Source of the DNA: an uncultured Dehalococcoidales bacterium
GTDB taxonomy: Bacteria; Chloroflexota; Dehalococcoidia; GIF9; AB-539-J10
NCBI GenBank assembly: GCA_964354775.1
Contig: CAYHBC010000004.1
Location: forward strand, 1-30,664
Direction: 5' to 3'
Length of the DNA: 30,664 nt
Both the position numbers and the translations under genes were made by a program. The stretch's first letter is position 1. The number at the start of each line of letters is the position of its first letter. Under the pieces are notes generated by a model. The model was given only the letters and a program-made list of their open reading frames with translations, was not told the origin of the DNA and ran no database searches. Positions 1 through 9,132 of this stretch are shown one piece after another.

Positions 1-1
1 A

Positions 2-172
2 GCAAACCGCCTTCGTATCAGCGGCGTCAATAAAGAAATTGTCGGGGAGGTAGCGGCTCAAATTCGAGCCATACACCCTCCCGATTCTTATAAGGGAAAG
101 GGGATTAAGTATGCCGGGGAGCAAATCCGCCTTAAGCCCGGCAAGGCTGGTAAGGCAACAACCGGAGAGTAG
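2..172 (+). CDS. rplF: 50S ribosomal protein L6, C-terminal fragment (5' end outside window)
   Basis: Hand translation of frame 2 gives ...[45 protein letters not shown], the typical L6 C-terminus (P-x-x-YKGKGI-x-Y), directly upstream of rplR. Not in the ORF track. Confidence 0.95.
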   Translation, partial: ANRLRISGVNKEIVGEVAAQIRAIHPPDSYKGKGIKYAGEQIRLKPGKAGKATTGE

Positions 173-180
173 CAGAGACA

Positions 181-546
181 ATGGCAGGCAAAGTTTCCAA
201 GGTAGTTCGCCGAGAGCGACATAAGCGGGTAAGGAAGAAGGTAGTGGGCATGGCTTCCCGCCCGAGGTTATGCGTTTTCCGGAGCTTAAATCATATATAT
301 GCCCAGCTCATTGATGATTCAGAGGGGAGAACGCTGGTCTCCGTGAGCACCCTTGAGGCTGCCCTGAAGAGCGAGTCCAACCGGACATCAAAGACAAAGA
401 AGGCTGAGCTTGCCGGCTCGTTGATTGCCCGGCGGGCGGTGGAAAAAGGCATTAAGCGGGTGGTTTTTGACCGGGGCGGCTACCGGTATCATGGTCGGGT
501 TAAAGCTCTAGCCGAGACTGCCAGGAAAGGCGGGCTGGAGTTTTGA
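181..546 (+). CDS. rplR: 50S ribosomal protein L18
   Basis: [20 protein letters not shown] and [28 protein letters not shown] motifs; spc operon position. Confidence 0.98.
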   Translation: MAGKVSKVVRRERHKRVRKKVVGMASRPRLCVFRSLNHIYAQLIDDSEGRTLVSVSTLEAALKSESNRTSKTKKAELAGSLIARRAVEKGIKRVVFDRGGYRYHGRVKALAETARKGGLEF

Positions 547-555
547 GGTGTCGGC

Positions 556-1179
556 ATGAAAGCAGTTACCAAAATAAGGGGCAAAAAGCAAAAAATTGAC
601 CCTTCAGGGCTGGAATTTAAGGAAAAGTTGCTCTCTATCGACCGCGTGACCAAGGTGGTTAAAGGTGGGCGGCGTCTTCATTTCCGGGCTTTGATGGTGG
701 TCGGCGATGGCGCGGGACATGTCGGAATCGGTCTGAACAAAGCGACTGGCGTCCCCGAGGCAATTCGAAAAGCCAGCGCTGCAGCGCAAAAAGAATTAAT
801 TGAAGTCCCTATTGTGAAAGGCACCATTCCCCACGAAGTTTTAGCCAAGTTTGAAGCCTCACTGATTCTGCTCAAGCCGGCATTACCCGGGACTGGCTTG
901 ATTGCCAACAACACCTCCCGGGCGGTGCTGGAACTGGCCGGAATAACAGATATTCTCAGCAAGTCCCTGGGGAGTTCTAACCAGGTCAATGTTGCCAAGG
1001 CGACAATGCTTGCCCTGGTAAACTTGAGGAAGCCCGGCGAACCGGTAAAAGTGGAGAAGCCCCCGGAGGCCGAAGCGCCCGCAGAGACTGAAAAACCCGC
1101 AGAGGTGGAAGAGCCCGCAAAGGCGGAGAAGCCCGCCAAGGGCAAGGAAACCGGCAAAGAGCAAAGAAAAGAAAAATGA
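556..1179 (+). CDS. rpsE: 30S ribosomal protein S5 with a ~45-aa Pro/Glu/Lys/Ala-rich C-terminal extension
   Basis: RVTKVVKGGRR, VVGDG, RAVLELAGITDILSKSLGSSN motifs; low-complexity tail after ..ALVNLR. Confidence 0.97.
   Translation: MKAVTKIRGKKQKIDPSGLEFKEKLLSIDRVTKVVKGGRRLHFRALMVVGDGAGHVGIGLNKATGVPEAIRKASAAAQKELIEVPIVKGTIPHEVLAKFEASLILLKPALPGTGLIANNTSRAVLELAGITDILSKSLGSSNQVNVAKATMLALVNLRKPGEPVKVEKPPEAEAPAETEKPAEVEEPAKAEKPAKGKETGKEQRKEK
1051..1140 (+). repeat. Five imperfect 18-bp tandem repeats in the rpsE tail (xE-K/A/E-P-A/P-E/K hexapeptides)
   Basis: gtggagaagcccccggag / gccgaagcgcccgcagag / actgaaaaacccgcagag / gtggaagagcccgcaaag / gcggagaagcccgccaag. Confidence 0.85.
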
Positions 1180-1619
1180 AGCAGAGTGAAATAAGACCAC
1201 CCCGGGGCGCCCGGCACAGGAGGAAGCGTGTTGGTCGGGGGACCAGCAGTGGGCATGGCGCTTATTCCGGGCGGGGCATCAAGGGGCAAAAGGCGCGCTC
1301 TGGCGGCAAGACGCATGCCGGCTTTGAAGGTGGTCAGCTACCTCTCGTAAAACGATTACCCCGCAAAAGGGGCTTCACCAACATCCTCAAGAAGGAATAC
1401 AGCATTGTAAACGTAGCCAGGCTCAATATATTTCCTCCTGGCGCTGAGCTGACTCCGCAGGAACTATTCCAGGCGGGGTTAATTAAGTCGCTGAAGCGTC
1501 CGGTTAAGATTCTGGGCGGTGGCGCTCTTCAGCACCCGCTATCTATCCGGGCTGAGGAGTTTTCCGCCGCAGCACAAAAGAAGATAACGGCTGCCGGCGG
1601 AGAGATAAAAAGGATTTAA
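1176..1619 (+). CDS. rplO: 50S ribosomal protein L15
   Basis: RVGRGTSSGHGAYSGRGIKGQKARSG, GFEGGQLPLVKRLPRKRGF, VKILG motifs; ATGA overlap with the rpsE stop. Confidence 0.98.
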   Translation: MKQSEIRPPRGARHRRKRVGRGTSSGHGAYSGRGIKGQKARSGGKTHAGFEGGQLPLVKRLPRKRGFTNILKKEYSIVNVARLNIFPPGAELTPQELFQAGLIKSLKRPVKILGGGALQHPLSIRAEEFSAAAQKKITAAGGEIKRI

Positions 1620-2936
1620 ATGCAGCGCAAGGAAAGTCAACCCCGCCTCATCCAGGCGATGAGGGACATATTTATGCTGCCTGACCTGAGGCGAAAGATT
1701 CTTTTTACCTTCGGCATTCTGGTGGTCTTCCGGTTTATAGCTCATATTCCCCTGCCCGGCGTAGACCTTGCTGCGCTGGGTGAACTTTTCGCGCAAAACC
1801 AGCTCTTTGGCATGCTCGACCTCTTCAGCGGCGGTGCGATGAGGAATTTCAGCGTTGCTACCATGGGGGTCTACCCCTACATCACCTCCTCGATAATCAT
1901 GCAGCTACTGGTCCCGGTCATTCCCAACCTCCAGGCTCTATCCCGGGAGGGAGAAGCCGGGCGGCGGAAAATCAACCAGATTACCCACCTGCTGACCATA
2001 CCCCTGGCAGCTCTGCAGGGCTACGGCATGCTGGTCATACTGCAGAGCCAGCGAATTGCGATTGTAGGACTCCTTGAGCCGATGACCGTCGTGACCGTGG
2101 TAATCTCCATGACTGCGGGCACAATGTTCCTCATCTGGCTGGGCGAATTAATCACCGAGAGGGGCATTGGAAACGGTATATCAATAATAATCTTTGCCGG
2201 TATAATTGCCGGGCTGCCCACGATGCTCGGGGAGGGGATTGTAGCGGCGGAAAACCGGATAGGGCTGGTCGGTTTTATCCTAATCTGGTTAATTACCCTG
2301 GGATTTATCGTGGCGTTCATCGAGGCACACCGCCGTATCCCGGTGCAATATGCCCGCACCTCTTTCCGCAGCGGACGCATGTATCGGCAGTCGGGCTCAA
2401 CCTACATTCCCCTCAGGGTAAACACTGCGGGAATGATTCCCCTTATCTTCGCCCTTGCCATAGTGACGCTCCCGGCGACGATTGCCAGCTACTTCGCCAA
2501 CCCGACAAACCCCAACTTCGCCAACACGCTGATGAATGTTTTCAGCCCCGATGCCGCTCCCCCCACGGGACTGGTCTACTGGGGACTATTCTTTTTGTTT
2601 ACCATGGGCTTTACTTTCTTCTATACCATAGTAATATTTGAACAGATGGGTCTGGCTAAGAGGTTGCAGGAGCAGGGCGGCTTTGTCCCCGGCATTCGCC
2701 CCGGGAAGGCGACGGGCGATTATCTGGACCATGTTATCCGTCATATCACCTTTGGCGGTGCCCTCTCCCTGGGACTGGTGGCAATCATGCCTTTCATCGC
2801 CAAGGAGCTCACCGGTATCGCGGTATTAACCGTTTCTAGCATGGCTATGCTCATAGTTGTCGGGGTGTGCCTGGATACTATGAAGCAGATGGAAGCCCAG
2901 TTGACGATGCGCCGCTACGAGGGCTTTTTGAGGTAA
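1620..2936 (+). CDS. secY: Preprotein translocase subunit SecY
   Basis: Multiple TM segments; MGVYPYITSSIIMQLL, WLGELITERGIGNGISIIIFAGI, IPLRVNTAGMIPLIFA, FVPGIRPG motifs. Confidence 0.98.
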   Translation: MQRKESQPRLIQAMRDIFMLPDLRRKILFTFGILVVFRFIAHIPLPGVDLAALGELFAQNQLFGMLDLFSGGAMRNFSVATMGVYPYITSSIIMQLLVPVIPNLQALSREGEAGRRKINQITHLLTIPLAALQGYGMLVILQSQRIAIVGLLEPMTVVTVVISMTAGTMFLIWLGELITERGIGNGISIIIFAGIIAGLPTMLGEGIVAAENRIGLVGFILIWLITLGFIVAFIEAHRRIPVQYARTSFRSGRMYRQSGSTYIPLRVNTAGMIPLIFALAIVTLPATIASYFANPTNPNFANTLMNVFSPDAAPPTGLVYWGLFFLFTMGFTFFYTIVIFEQMGLAKRLQEQGGFVPGIRPGKATGDYLDHVIRHITFGGALSLGLVAIMPFIAKELTGIAVLTVSSMAMLIVVGVCLDTMKQMEAQLTMRRYEGFLR

Positions 2937-2939
2937 GAG

Positions 2940-3593
2940 ATGTATATCATTATGCTGGGTGCTCCGGGAGCCGGCAAAGGGACGCAGGCGGATATTATCG
3001 CCGACGAGATGAGTCTGCCCCATATCGCTTCAGGCAACCTGCTCCGGGAGGCAGTGGAAAAAAAAACCGCGCTGGGCTTGTCAGCCCAGTCCTATATGGA
3101 CCGGGGGAAGTTGGTTCCCGATGAGATAATCATCAAGATGATTTTGCAAAGGATTGAGCTGCCCAACCGTGCCTCCGGCGGTGTTTTCGACGGCTTTCCC
3201 CGGACGCTGTCGCAGGCTGAAGCGCTGGACAAAGGGCTTGGCAATAAAGGCAAGCATATTGACAAGGCGGTATATATCAATGTCTCCCAGAAAGAGCTTT
3301 TGAAGCGACTTACCGGACGCTGGCTCTGCCGCAACTGCCAGACCCCCTACCATCAGGTAACTGCCCCGCCCCGGGTAGCCGGGAAATGCGATAAATGCGG
3401 TGGCGAATTATACCAGCGAGAGGATGATAAGGAAGAGACCATCAAAGAGCGGTTGAAGGTTTTCTTTGCCCAGACCGTTCCCATAATAGACTATTACCGC
3501 AAGCAGAATAAGCTTATTGAGGTTAATGGCAACCAGGGAATAACGGAGGTGGCGGGAGAACTGAAGAAGGCGATGCGGGGGAAGGCAAAGTAA
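2940..3593 (+). CDS. adk: Adenylate kinase (long, Zn-binding LID)
   Basis: P-loop GAPGAGKGTQA, DGFPRT, LID CRNC...CDKC, QREDD. Confidence 0.97.
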   Translation: MYIIMLGAPGAGKGTQADIIADEMSLPHIASGNLLREAVEKKTALGLSAQSYMDRGKLVPDEIIIKMILQRIELPNRASGGVFDGFPRTLSQAEALDKGLGNKGKHIDKAVYINVSQKELLKRLTGRWLCRNCQTPYHQVTAPPRVAGKCDKCGGELYQREDDKEETIKERLKVFFAQTVPIIDYYRKQNKLIEVNGNQGITEVAGELKKAMRGKAK

Positions 3594-3599
3594 TTCTGA

Positions 3600-4340
3600 A
3601 TGATAATCGTGAAGTCTTCCCAGGAGATAGCCATTATGCGTCAAAGTGGTAAAATCTTAGCGGCGATACTGGAAAGGTTGAGAAAAGAGATACGAGCGGG
3701 AATTAACACCGGCTATCTGGATAAAATTATGGCTGATGAGGCAAAAAGGCGGAAAGTCAAGCCCTCTTTCAAAGGCTACCAGGGCTTTCCCGCTAACCTG
3801 TGTGTTTCGGTGAACGATGAGATAGTCCATGGCATCCCCGGGGAGCGAGTGCTGCGGGAGGGGGACATTGTTTCCCTGGACGTCGGAGTTATTTTTAACG
3901 GCTTCCACTCCGATGCCGCCATCACCGTTGGCGTGGGGAAGATAAGTCGCCAGGCGGGGAAACTCCTGGCGGCTACTGAAAAGAGCTTACAACTCGGCAT
4001 TGCCAGGGCTAAGCCCCGGGCTCACCTTGGCGATATATCCGTGGCAATACAGGACTATGTTGAATCGCAGGGATTTTCCGTGGTCCGGGAATATTCAGGA
4101 CACGGGATAGGTCGAGACCTGCATGAAGAGCCCCAGGTCCCTAATTTTGCTTTCGGGAAAGGTCCCTTGCTGCGCCGGGGTATGACCCTGGCTATTGAGC
4201 CTATGGTCAATACCGGCGACTGGCGCACCAGGCTGGCGCCTAACCAGTGGACGGTGCTGACCGCTGACGGGAGCCTTTCAGCCCATTTCGAGCACACCAT
4301 CGCCATTACCGACGGTGAGGCTGAAATACTCACTGAGTAA
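3600..4340 (+). CDS. map: Methionine aminopeptidase type I
   Basis: [39 protein letters not shown] metal-ligand motifs. Confidence 0.97.
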   Translation: MIIVKSSQEIAIMRQSGKILAAILERLRKEIRAGINTGYLDKIMADEAKRRKVKPSFKGYQGFPANLCVSVNDEIVHGIPGERVLREGDIVSLDVGVIFNGFHSDAAITVGVGKISRQAGKLLAATEKSLQLGIARAKPRAHLGDISVAIQDYVESQGFSVVREYSGHGIGRDLHEEPQVPNFAFGKGPLLRRGMTLAIEPMVNTGDWRTRLAPNQWTVLTADGSLSAHFEHTIAITDGEAEILTE

Positions 4341-4342
4341 AT

Positions 4343-4561
4343 ATGGCTAAGAAGGAAAGAATAGAGGTTGAAGGCAAGGTAATTGCGTGTCTACCCAATA
4401 CCATGTTTCGCGTTGAATTGACTAAGGGGCACATAGTGCTGGCGCACATCTCCGGCAGAATGAGGAAGCATTACATCAAGATATTACCGGGAGACAGGGT
4501 GCTGGTGGAGCTTTCCCCTTACGATTTGAGCCGGGGGAGGGTTACCTACCGGCTGGAGTAG
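4343..4561 (+). CDS. infA: Translation initiation factor IF-1
   Basis: [46 protein letters not shown]. Confidence 0.98.
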   Translation: MAKKERIEVEGKVIACLPNTMFRVELTKGHIVLAHISGRMRKHYIKILPGDRVLVELSPYDLSRGRVTYRLE

Positions 4562-4578
4562 GACTTTTGGGGACTTTT

Positions 4579-4607
4579 TTGACAAGCCCAGGATGCTTGC
4601 TTATAAT
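4579..4607 (+). promoter_or_regulatory. Perfect-consensus sigma70-type promoter upstream of rpmJ (alpha-operon promoter)
   Basis: TTGACA (4579-4584), 17 bp, TATAAT (4602-4607) in the 72-bp infA-rpmJ gap. Confidence 0.85.
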
Positions 4608-4633
4608 GTAATTTTGTTTTAATATCAATCTAT

Positions 4634-4747
4634 ATGAAAGTAAGTGCTTCAGTTAAGCCGCGCTGCAGTAGGTGCAAAGTTGTTCGCCGGAAAGGCGTCA
4701 TCAGGGTCATTTGCCCTAATCCGCGGCACAAGCAAAGGCAGGGTTAG
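4634..4747 (+). CDS. rpmJ: 50S ribosomal protein L36 (Zn-ribbon, C+ form)
   Basis: Hand translation [37 protein letters not shown] (37 aa; below the ORF-track cutoff). Confidence 0.97.
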   Translation: MKVSASVKPRCSRCKVVRRKGVIRVICPNPRHKQRQG

Positions 4748-4758
4748 CAAGTCAGGCA

Positions 4759-5148
4759 ATGGCACGCATCGCTGGAGTGGACCTTCCCAAGGGAAAACCG
4801 ATTAAAGTAGGGCTGCAATATATTTATGGTATCGGCCCTACATCAAGTCAGCGGATTTTGACTGTTGCCGGGGTTGAGCCGAATATTAGAGTTAAAGACC
4901 TTACCGAGGAGCAGGTCGCTCAGCTTCGTGATGTCATCGGCAAGCAATATAAAGTGGAGGGTGAGCTTAGACGAGAAATCCAGTCCAACATAAGGCAGCT
5001 AATTGAAATCGGTAGCTGGCGCGGCACCCGGCATCGTATGAACCTGCCCGCTCATGGACAAAGAACACGCACCAATGCCCGCACCAAGAAGGGTCCCCGA
5101 AAAACAGTGGCGGGCAGAGGACAAAAACGGGGCTTGAGTAAGAAGTAA
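4759..5148 (+). CDS. rpsM: 30S ribosomal protein S13
   Basis: [46 protein letters not shown]. Confidence 0.98.
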   Translation: MARIAGVDLPKGKPIKVGLQYIYGIGPTSSQRILTVAGVEPNIRVKDLTEEQVAQLRDVIGKQYKVEGELRREIQSNIRQLIEIGSWRGTRHRMNLPAHGQRTRTNARTKKGPRKTVAGRGQKRGLSKK

Positions 5149-5150
5149 AA

Positions 5151-5543
5151 ATGCCCAAGAAGAAAAAAGGCAGAGCAAGGAAAAGGACACATCGCGGAGT
5201 TAGCGAAGGAAGGGTCTATATTCAGTCCACCTTCAATAACACCGTGGTCACCATCACCGATTTGAAAGGCGATGTTATTTCCTGGGGGAGCTCAGGGAGC
5301 ACTGGCTTTAAGGGCTCCCGGAAGGGCACCCCTTACGCCGCTCAGCTAGCGGCTCGGGAGGCGGCACGGCAGGCAATAAGCGATGGTCTGCGGCAAGTCG
5401 AAGTCTACATCAAAGGACCCGGCAGTGGACGGGAGGCGGCTATTCGCACATTGCAGGCTTCAGGGCTCATCGTTACCAGCATTAGGGATGTAACCCCCAT
5501 TCCTCACAACGGGTGTCGTCCGCCTAAGAAGAGAAGGGTATAA
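5151..5543 (+). CDS. rpsK: 30S ribosomal protein S11
   Basis: [50 protein letters not shown]. Confidence 0.98.
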   Translation: MPKKKKGRARKRTHRGVSEGRVYIQSTFNNTVVTITDLKGDVISWGSSGSTGFKGSRKGTPYAAQLAAREAARQAISDGLRQVEVYIKGPGSGREAAIRTLQASGLIVTSIRDVTPIPHNGCRPPKKRRV

Positions 5544-5544
5544 T

Positions 5545-6177
5545 ATGGCGCGCTATACCGGACCTTCCTGTCGTATGTGCCGCTATCTCGGTGAGAAGCT
5601 GATGCTTAAGGGGGAGAAATGCGCCACCCCCAAGTGTCCTCTGGAACGGAAAAACAAGCCTCCGGGGGAACACGCTGTTGGGGGACGCCCCCGGAGAGTC
5701 TCAGAACGAGGGCTTCAGTTGCGTGAAAAGCAGAAAATTCGCTTCAGCTACGGGATGCTGGAGCGGCAGTTTCGCCGCTTCTTTGCCCGAGCACAGAAGA
5801 CGAAGGGCGCTACCGGTGAGACCATGCTGGTATTGCTGGAGAGACGGCTGGACAATGTGGTCTATCGCCTGGGATTTGGCAGCTCCCGCAGCCAGGCAAG
5901 GCAGGTGGTCCGACATGGTCACATACTCGTTAACGACCATAAAGTAAATATACCTTCCTACCTGGTTCGCCAGGGAGATAGCCTTAAATGGCGCAAAGGC
6001 AGCACCAAAACCGAGTACTATAAGAGGATAGCAGGGGAAATTGAGACCAGGATTATCCCCCCCTGGCTGAGCCTGGATAAAGAAAAGATGATAGGCGAGG
6101 TCTTAGCCCTGCCCGATAAGGAGACCCTTGATGCTAAATTCGATGGAAAAGTTGTCGTTGAATACTACTCCAGATGA
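5545..6177 (+). CDS. rpsD: 30S ribosomal protein S4 (Zn-binding form)
   Basis: MARYTGPSCRMCR, QLREKQK, LERRLDNVVYRLGF, ARQVVRHGH, VVEYYSR. Confidence 0.98.
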   Translation: MARYTGPSCRMCRYLGEKLMLKGEKCATPKCPLERKNKPPGEHAVGGRPRRVSERGLQLREKQKIRFSYGMLERQFRRFFARAQKTKGATGETMLVLLERRLDNVVYRLGFGSSRSQARQVVRHGHILVNDHKVNIPSYLVRQGDSLKWRKGSTKTEYYKRIAGEIETRIIPPWLSLDKEKMIGEVLALPDKETLDAKFDGKVVVEYYSR

Positions 6178-7147
6178 CTCGGTTAAATTACCCGTTCCCA
6201 GCGTCAAGTGCATTGAGACCGTAGGCAATTACGGGAGGTTTCTGGCTGAGCCGCTGGAGCCAGGGTTCGGCATCACCCTGGGCAATGCTCTTCGCCGTGT
6301 GCTGCTCAGCTCCCTGCCTGGCGCTGCGGTGACCTGGGTTAGAATTGATGGTATTCAACATGAATTCTCCCCTCTTCCTCATGTTAAAGAGGATGTCATT
6401 GACTTTTTGTTGAATGTTAAACAGATAAGGTTCCGCCCCCTTACCCAGCAGCCAGGCAGGCTGACTCTCGACGCCGCCGGGGAGGGCGAAGTTCGTGCCG
6501 CCGACATTGCGCCGTCGGCAGATTTTGAGATTGCCAATCCTGAACTCCACCTGGCTACCCTGGACTCCTCTGAAGCTAAGCTCCACGTCGAGCTTAATGT
6601 GGATTTAGGCCGGGGATACTTACCGGCAAGACCCGCCAACGACCTCCCCCTGGGAGCAATATCAATAGATTCTATATTCACGCCGGTGCACAAGGTCAAC
6701 TTTTCCGACGAGCCCGTCTACCCGGGAAGGGAGAGGAGCCCGGAGAGGCTCACCCTGGAGGTCTGGACCGATAACACCATTTCTCCCAGCAAGGCTGTTA
6801 GCCTGGCTACCGCCATCCTGGTCAAGCAGTTTTCTCCCTTCCATGAGCTTATTCCACTGGAGGCGGAAAAGGAAGCTGAGGAGGTCAAAAGCGTGCTCCC
6901 CGAGGGTATTCAATTTGATACTCCTATTGAGAAATTAGGGCTGTCCGCCCGTAGCTGCAACAGCCTGGCTAAAGGGGGAATCTTTGTCTTATCGCAGCTT
7001 ATCGAGAAGACCAAGGAAGGGCTGCCATCGCTGCCGGGACTGGGAGCGAAATCTCAAAGAGAGGTAGCTGAACTGTTGGAAAACCTCGGCTTCCCGGCAG
7101 TCGAGAAGTCCCGAAAGCGAAAAAGGGGAAAAGAGGATGAGGCATAA
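6158..7147 (+). CDS. rpoA: RNA polymerase subunit alpha (start codon uncertain)
   Basis: [43 protein letters not shown], alpha-CTD LSARSCN..L / LGAKS. In-frame starts exist only inside rpsD (TTG 6128, ATG 6131, ATG 6143, TTG 6152, TTG 6158); the nearest one is given. Confidence 0.95.
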   Translation: MNTTPDDSVKLPVPSVKCIETVGNYGRFLAEPLEPGFGITLGNALRRVLLSSLPGAAVTWVRIDGIQHEFSPLPHVKEDVIDFLLNVKQIRFRPLTQQPGRLTLDAAGEGEVRAADIAPSADFEIANPELHLATLDSSEAKLHVELNVDLGRGYLPARPANDLPLGAISIDSIFTPVHKVNFSDEPVYPGRERSPERLTLEVWTDNTISPSKAVSLATAILVKQFSPFHELIPLEAEKEAEEVKSVLPEGIQFDTPIEKLGLSARSCNSLAKGGIFVLSQLIEKTKEGLPSLPGLGAKSQREVAELLENLGFPAVEKSRKRKRGKEDEA

Positions 7148-7490
7148 AGTAGCCGGGCGGGGGTTAAGCCGACCGACAGGTCACCGCTGGGCGTTATACC
7201 GGAACCAGGTATCAGACCTCTTAGCTTACGGGAAAATTACCACTACCGAGGCTAAAGCCAGAGAGGTTCGCAGTCTCGCTGAGAAAATGATTACCCTGGG
7301 GAAAGAGGGTAGCCTTGCTTCAAGACGCCGTGCCCTGGCTTTTGCCACCGACAAAAAGGTGGTGGAAAAGCTCTTTGCCGAGATTGCCCCGATGTATGCC
7401 GAGCGCTCTGGGGGCTACATCCGGATAATCAAGCTGGGACCGCGCCCTGGCGATAATGCCCCTTTAGTGCAGCTCCAACTGATTAAGTAG
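7137..7490 (+). CDS. rplQ: 50S ribosomal protein L17
   Basis: [34 protein letters not shown]. Confidence 0.98.
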   Translation: MRHKVAGRGLSRPTGHRWALYRNQVSDLLAYGKITTTEAKAREVRSLAEKMITLGKEGSLASRRRALAFATDKKVVEKLFAEIAPMYAERSGGYIRIIKLGPRPGDNAPLVQLQLIK

Positions 7491-8254
7491 TGACTCCAGT
7501 CAAGTATGTTTTAGTTATAGAATATGAAGGAACGAAGTATCACGGTTTTCAATGGCAGCTCGGACTGCCTACCATTCAAGATGAGCTGGAAAAAGCCATC
7601 AGGAAGTTTTGCCCCAAGAGCAGTCGGGTTATGGCAGCAAGCAGGACCGATAGCGGCGTGCACGCCAGAGGGCAGGTGGTGAGCTTCTTTGCCGAGTGCG
7701 ACTTATCTCCGATGACGACGATGAAGGCACTAAATTATCATCTCCCCGGGGATATCGCTGTGAAGGCAGCTTACCGGGCTGACGCTGATTTTAATGTCCG
7801 GAGAGACGCTTTGAGCCGGGAATACTGCTACTACATCTTGAATAGCATTCCTCGCTCTCCACTCAGGGAAGGATTTGCGTTACATATCCCTCAAGCGCTG
7901 GAGGTAAAGCTGATGAACGATGCCTGCCAGCTTATTCTTGGCCAGCATGATTTCACCTCCTTTGCCGCCTTCCTGGGGAATTCCAGGAGTGCCCTGCGCA
8001 CTGTTTATGAAGCTGAGGTTATCCGAAAAGAGGCTGTGGTTACCTTCCGGATGACTGCCGATTCCTTCCTGCCGCACCAGGTGCGTAATACCGTGGGACT
8101 ATTAATCCGGCTGGGACTAAAAAAAGTGGGGCTGGAGTATTTTCAGGAGGTTATGGAGGCGAAAATTCCCGGACTGGCTGGGCCGAGGGCTCCCGCCTGG
8201 GGACTGTGCCTGAACAGGGTCAATTATGCTAAGCCTTTAGGAGTTCAGCAATGA
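7490..8254 (+). CDS. truA: tRNA pseudouridine(38-40) synthase TruA
   Basis: IEYEGTKYHGFQ, catalytic SRTDSGVHA, FLPHQVR, APAWGLCL; GTG start. Confidence 0.96.
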   Translation: MTPVKYVLVIEYEGTKYHGFQWQLGLPTIQDELEKAIRKFCPKSSRVMAASRTDSGVHARGQVVSFFAECDLSPMTTMKALNYHLPGDIAVKAAYRADADFNVRRDALSREYCYYILNSIPRSPLREGFALHIPQALEVKLMNDACQLILGQHDFTSFAAFLGNSRSALRTVYEAEVIRKEAVVTFRMTADSFLPHQVRNTVGLLIRLGLKKVGLEYFQEVMEAKIPGLAGPRAPAWGLCLNRVNYAKPLGVQQ

Positions 8255-8688
8255 GGACTTACAGCCCCAGCGCCAGGGATATTACCCGGGAGTGGCATGT
8301 AGTCGATGCCAACGGGCAGGTTCTGGGCCGGCTGGCATCCCGGGTAGCCCGGCTGCTGATGGGCAAGCATAAACCAGGTTATACCCCCCATCTTGACACC
8401 GGCGACTATGTTATAGTAATTAACGCTGCTAAGGTGAGAATTTCCGGTAAAAAAGCTAAACAGAAGATTTACTATCGTCATTCGGGGTACCCCGGGGGTC
8501 TGCGCAGCCAGACCTTTGAGAAGCTGTTCGCCGCCAGTCCCACCCGCGTGGTTGAGATAGCCGTCAGGGGAATGCTGCCCAAGAACCGCCTGGGCAGAGC
8601 AATGTTTAAGAAGCTCAGGGTCTATCCCGAGAGCGACCATCCTCACCATATCCAGACTGAGGCAAAGGAGAAGCAAGCTAATGACTAA
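8251..8688 (+). CDS. rplM: 50S ribosomal protein L13
   Basis: [44 protein letters not shown]. Confidence 0.98.
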   Translation: MRTYSPSARDITREWHVVDANGQVLGRLASRVARLLMGKHKPGYTPHLDTGDYVIVINAAKVRISGKKAKQKIYYRHSGYPGGLRSQTFEKLFAASPTRVVEIAVRGMLPKNRLGRAMFKKLRVYPESDHPHHIQTEAKEKQAND

Positions 8689-9076
8689 GCAAACTTATGT
8701 CTGGGGCACGGGAAAGCGCAAGTGTGCCATAGCGCAGGTCAGACTTTTTCCCGGTGAGGGAAAAGTGCTCGTCAACGGTAAGCCTTACCAGGAGTTTTTC
8801 CCCCGCCTGCTCCACCGTCGTTACATCGAGAGCCCTTACCAGGTTACCGGGACCAGCGGTAAGTATGACGCCACGGTGAAGGTGACCGGCGGTGGACTGA
8901 GCGGTCAGGCTGAAGCTATTCGTCATGGCATTGCCCGGGCTTTAGTTAAGGAGAATGAGTCGTTCAAGCCTCTGCTGCGGCAGGGATGCCTGCTTACCCG
9001 CGATGCCAGGATTAAAGAGCGCAAGAAGTATGGTCTTAAACGAGCCCGTAAGGCGCCGCAATACACCAAGCGTTAA
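8681..9076 (+). CDS. rpsI: 30S ribosomal protein S9
   Basis: [55 protein letters not shown]. Confidence 0.98.
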   Translation: MTKQTYVWGTGKRKCAIAQVRLFPGEGKVLVNGKPYQEFFPRLLHRRYIESPYQVTGTSGKYDATVKVTGGGLSGQAEAIRHGIARALVKENESFKPLLRQGCLLTRDARIKERKKYGLKRARKAPQYTKR

Positions 9077-9094
9077 CCCCTGACAGGGTAAATA

Positions 9095-9124
9095 TTGACA
9101 GCGGTCTACGAGATTAGCTACAAT
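9095..9124 (+). promoter_or_regulatory. sigma70-type promoter of the CetZ-like gene
   Basis: TTGACA (9095-9100), 18 bp, TACAAT (9119-9124); ATG follows 8 nt later and there is no Shine-Dalgarno sequence. Confidence 0.7.
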
Positions 9125-9132
9125 AATAATAA

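Noticed and set aside
604-8926. Antisense or alternative-frame ORFs over the ribosomal operon (e.g. 678-1316, 6188-6586, 8245-8676)
   Set aside because: They fully overlap well-supported essential genes and have no recognisable domains.
9078-9088. CCCTG-A-CAGGG palindrome after the rpsI stop as a terminator or operator
   Set aside because: The stem is 5 bp with a 1-nt loop and no U-tract, too weak to call.
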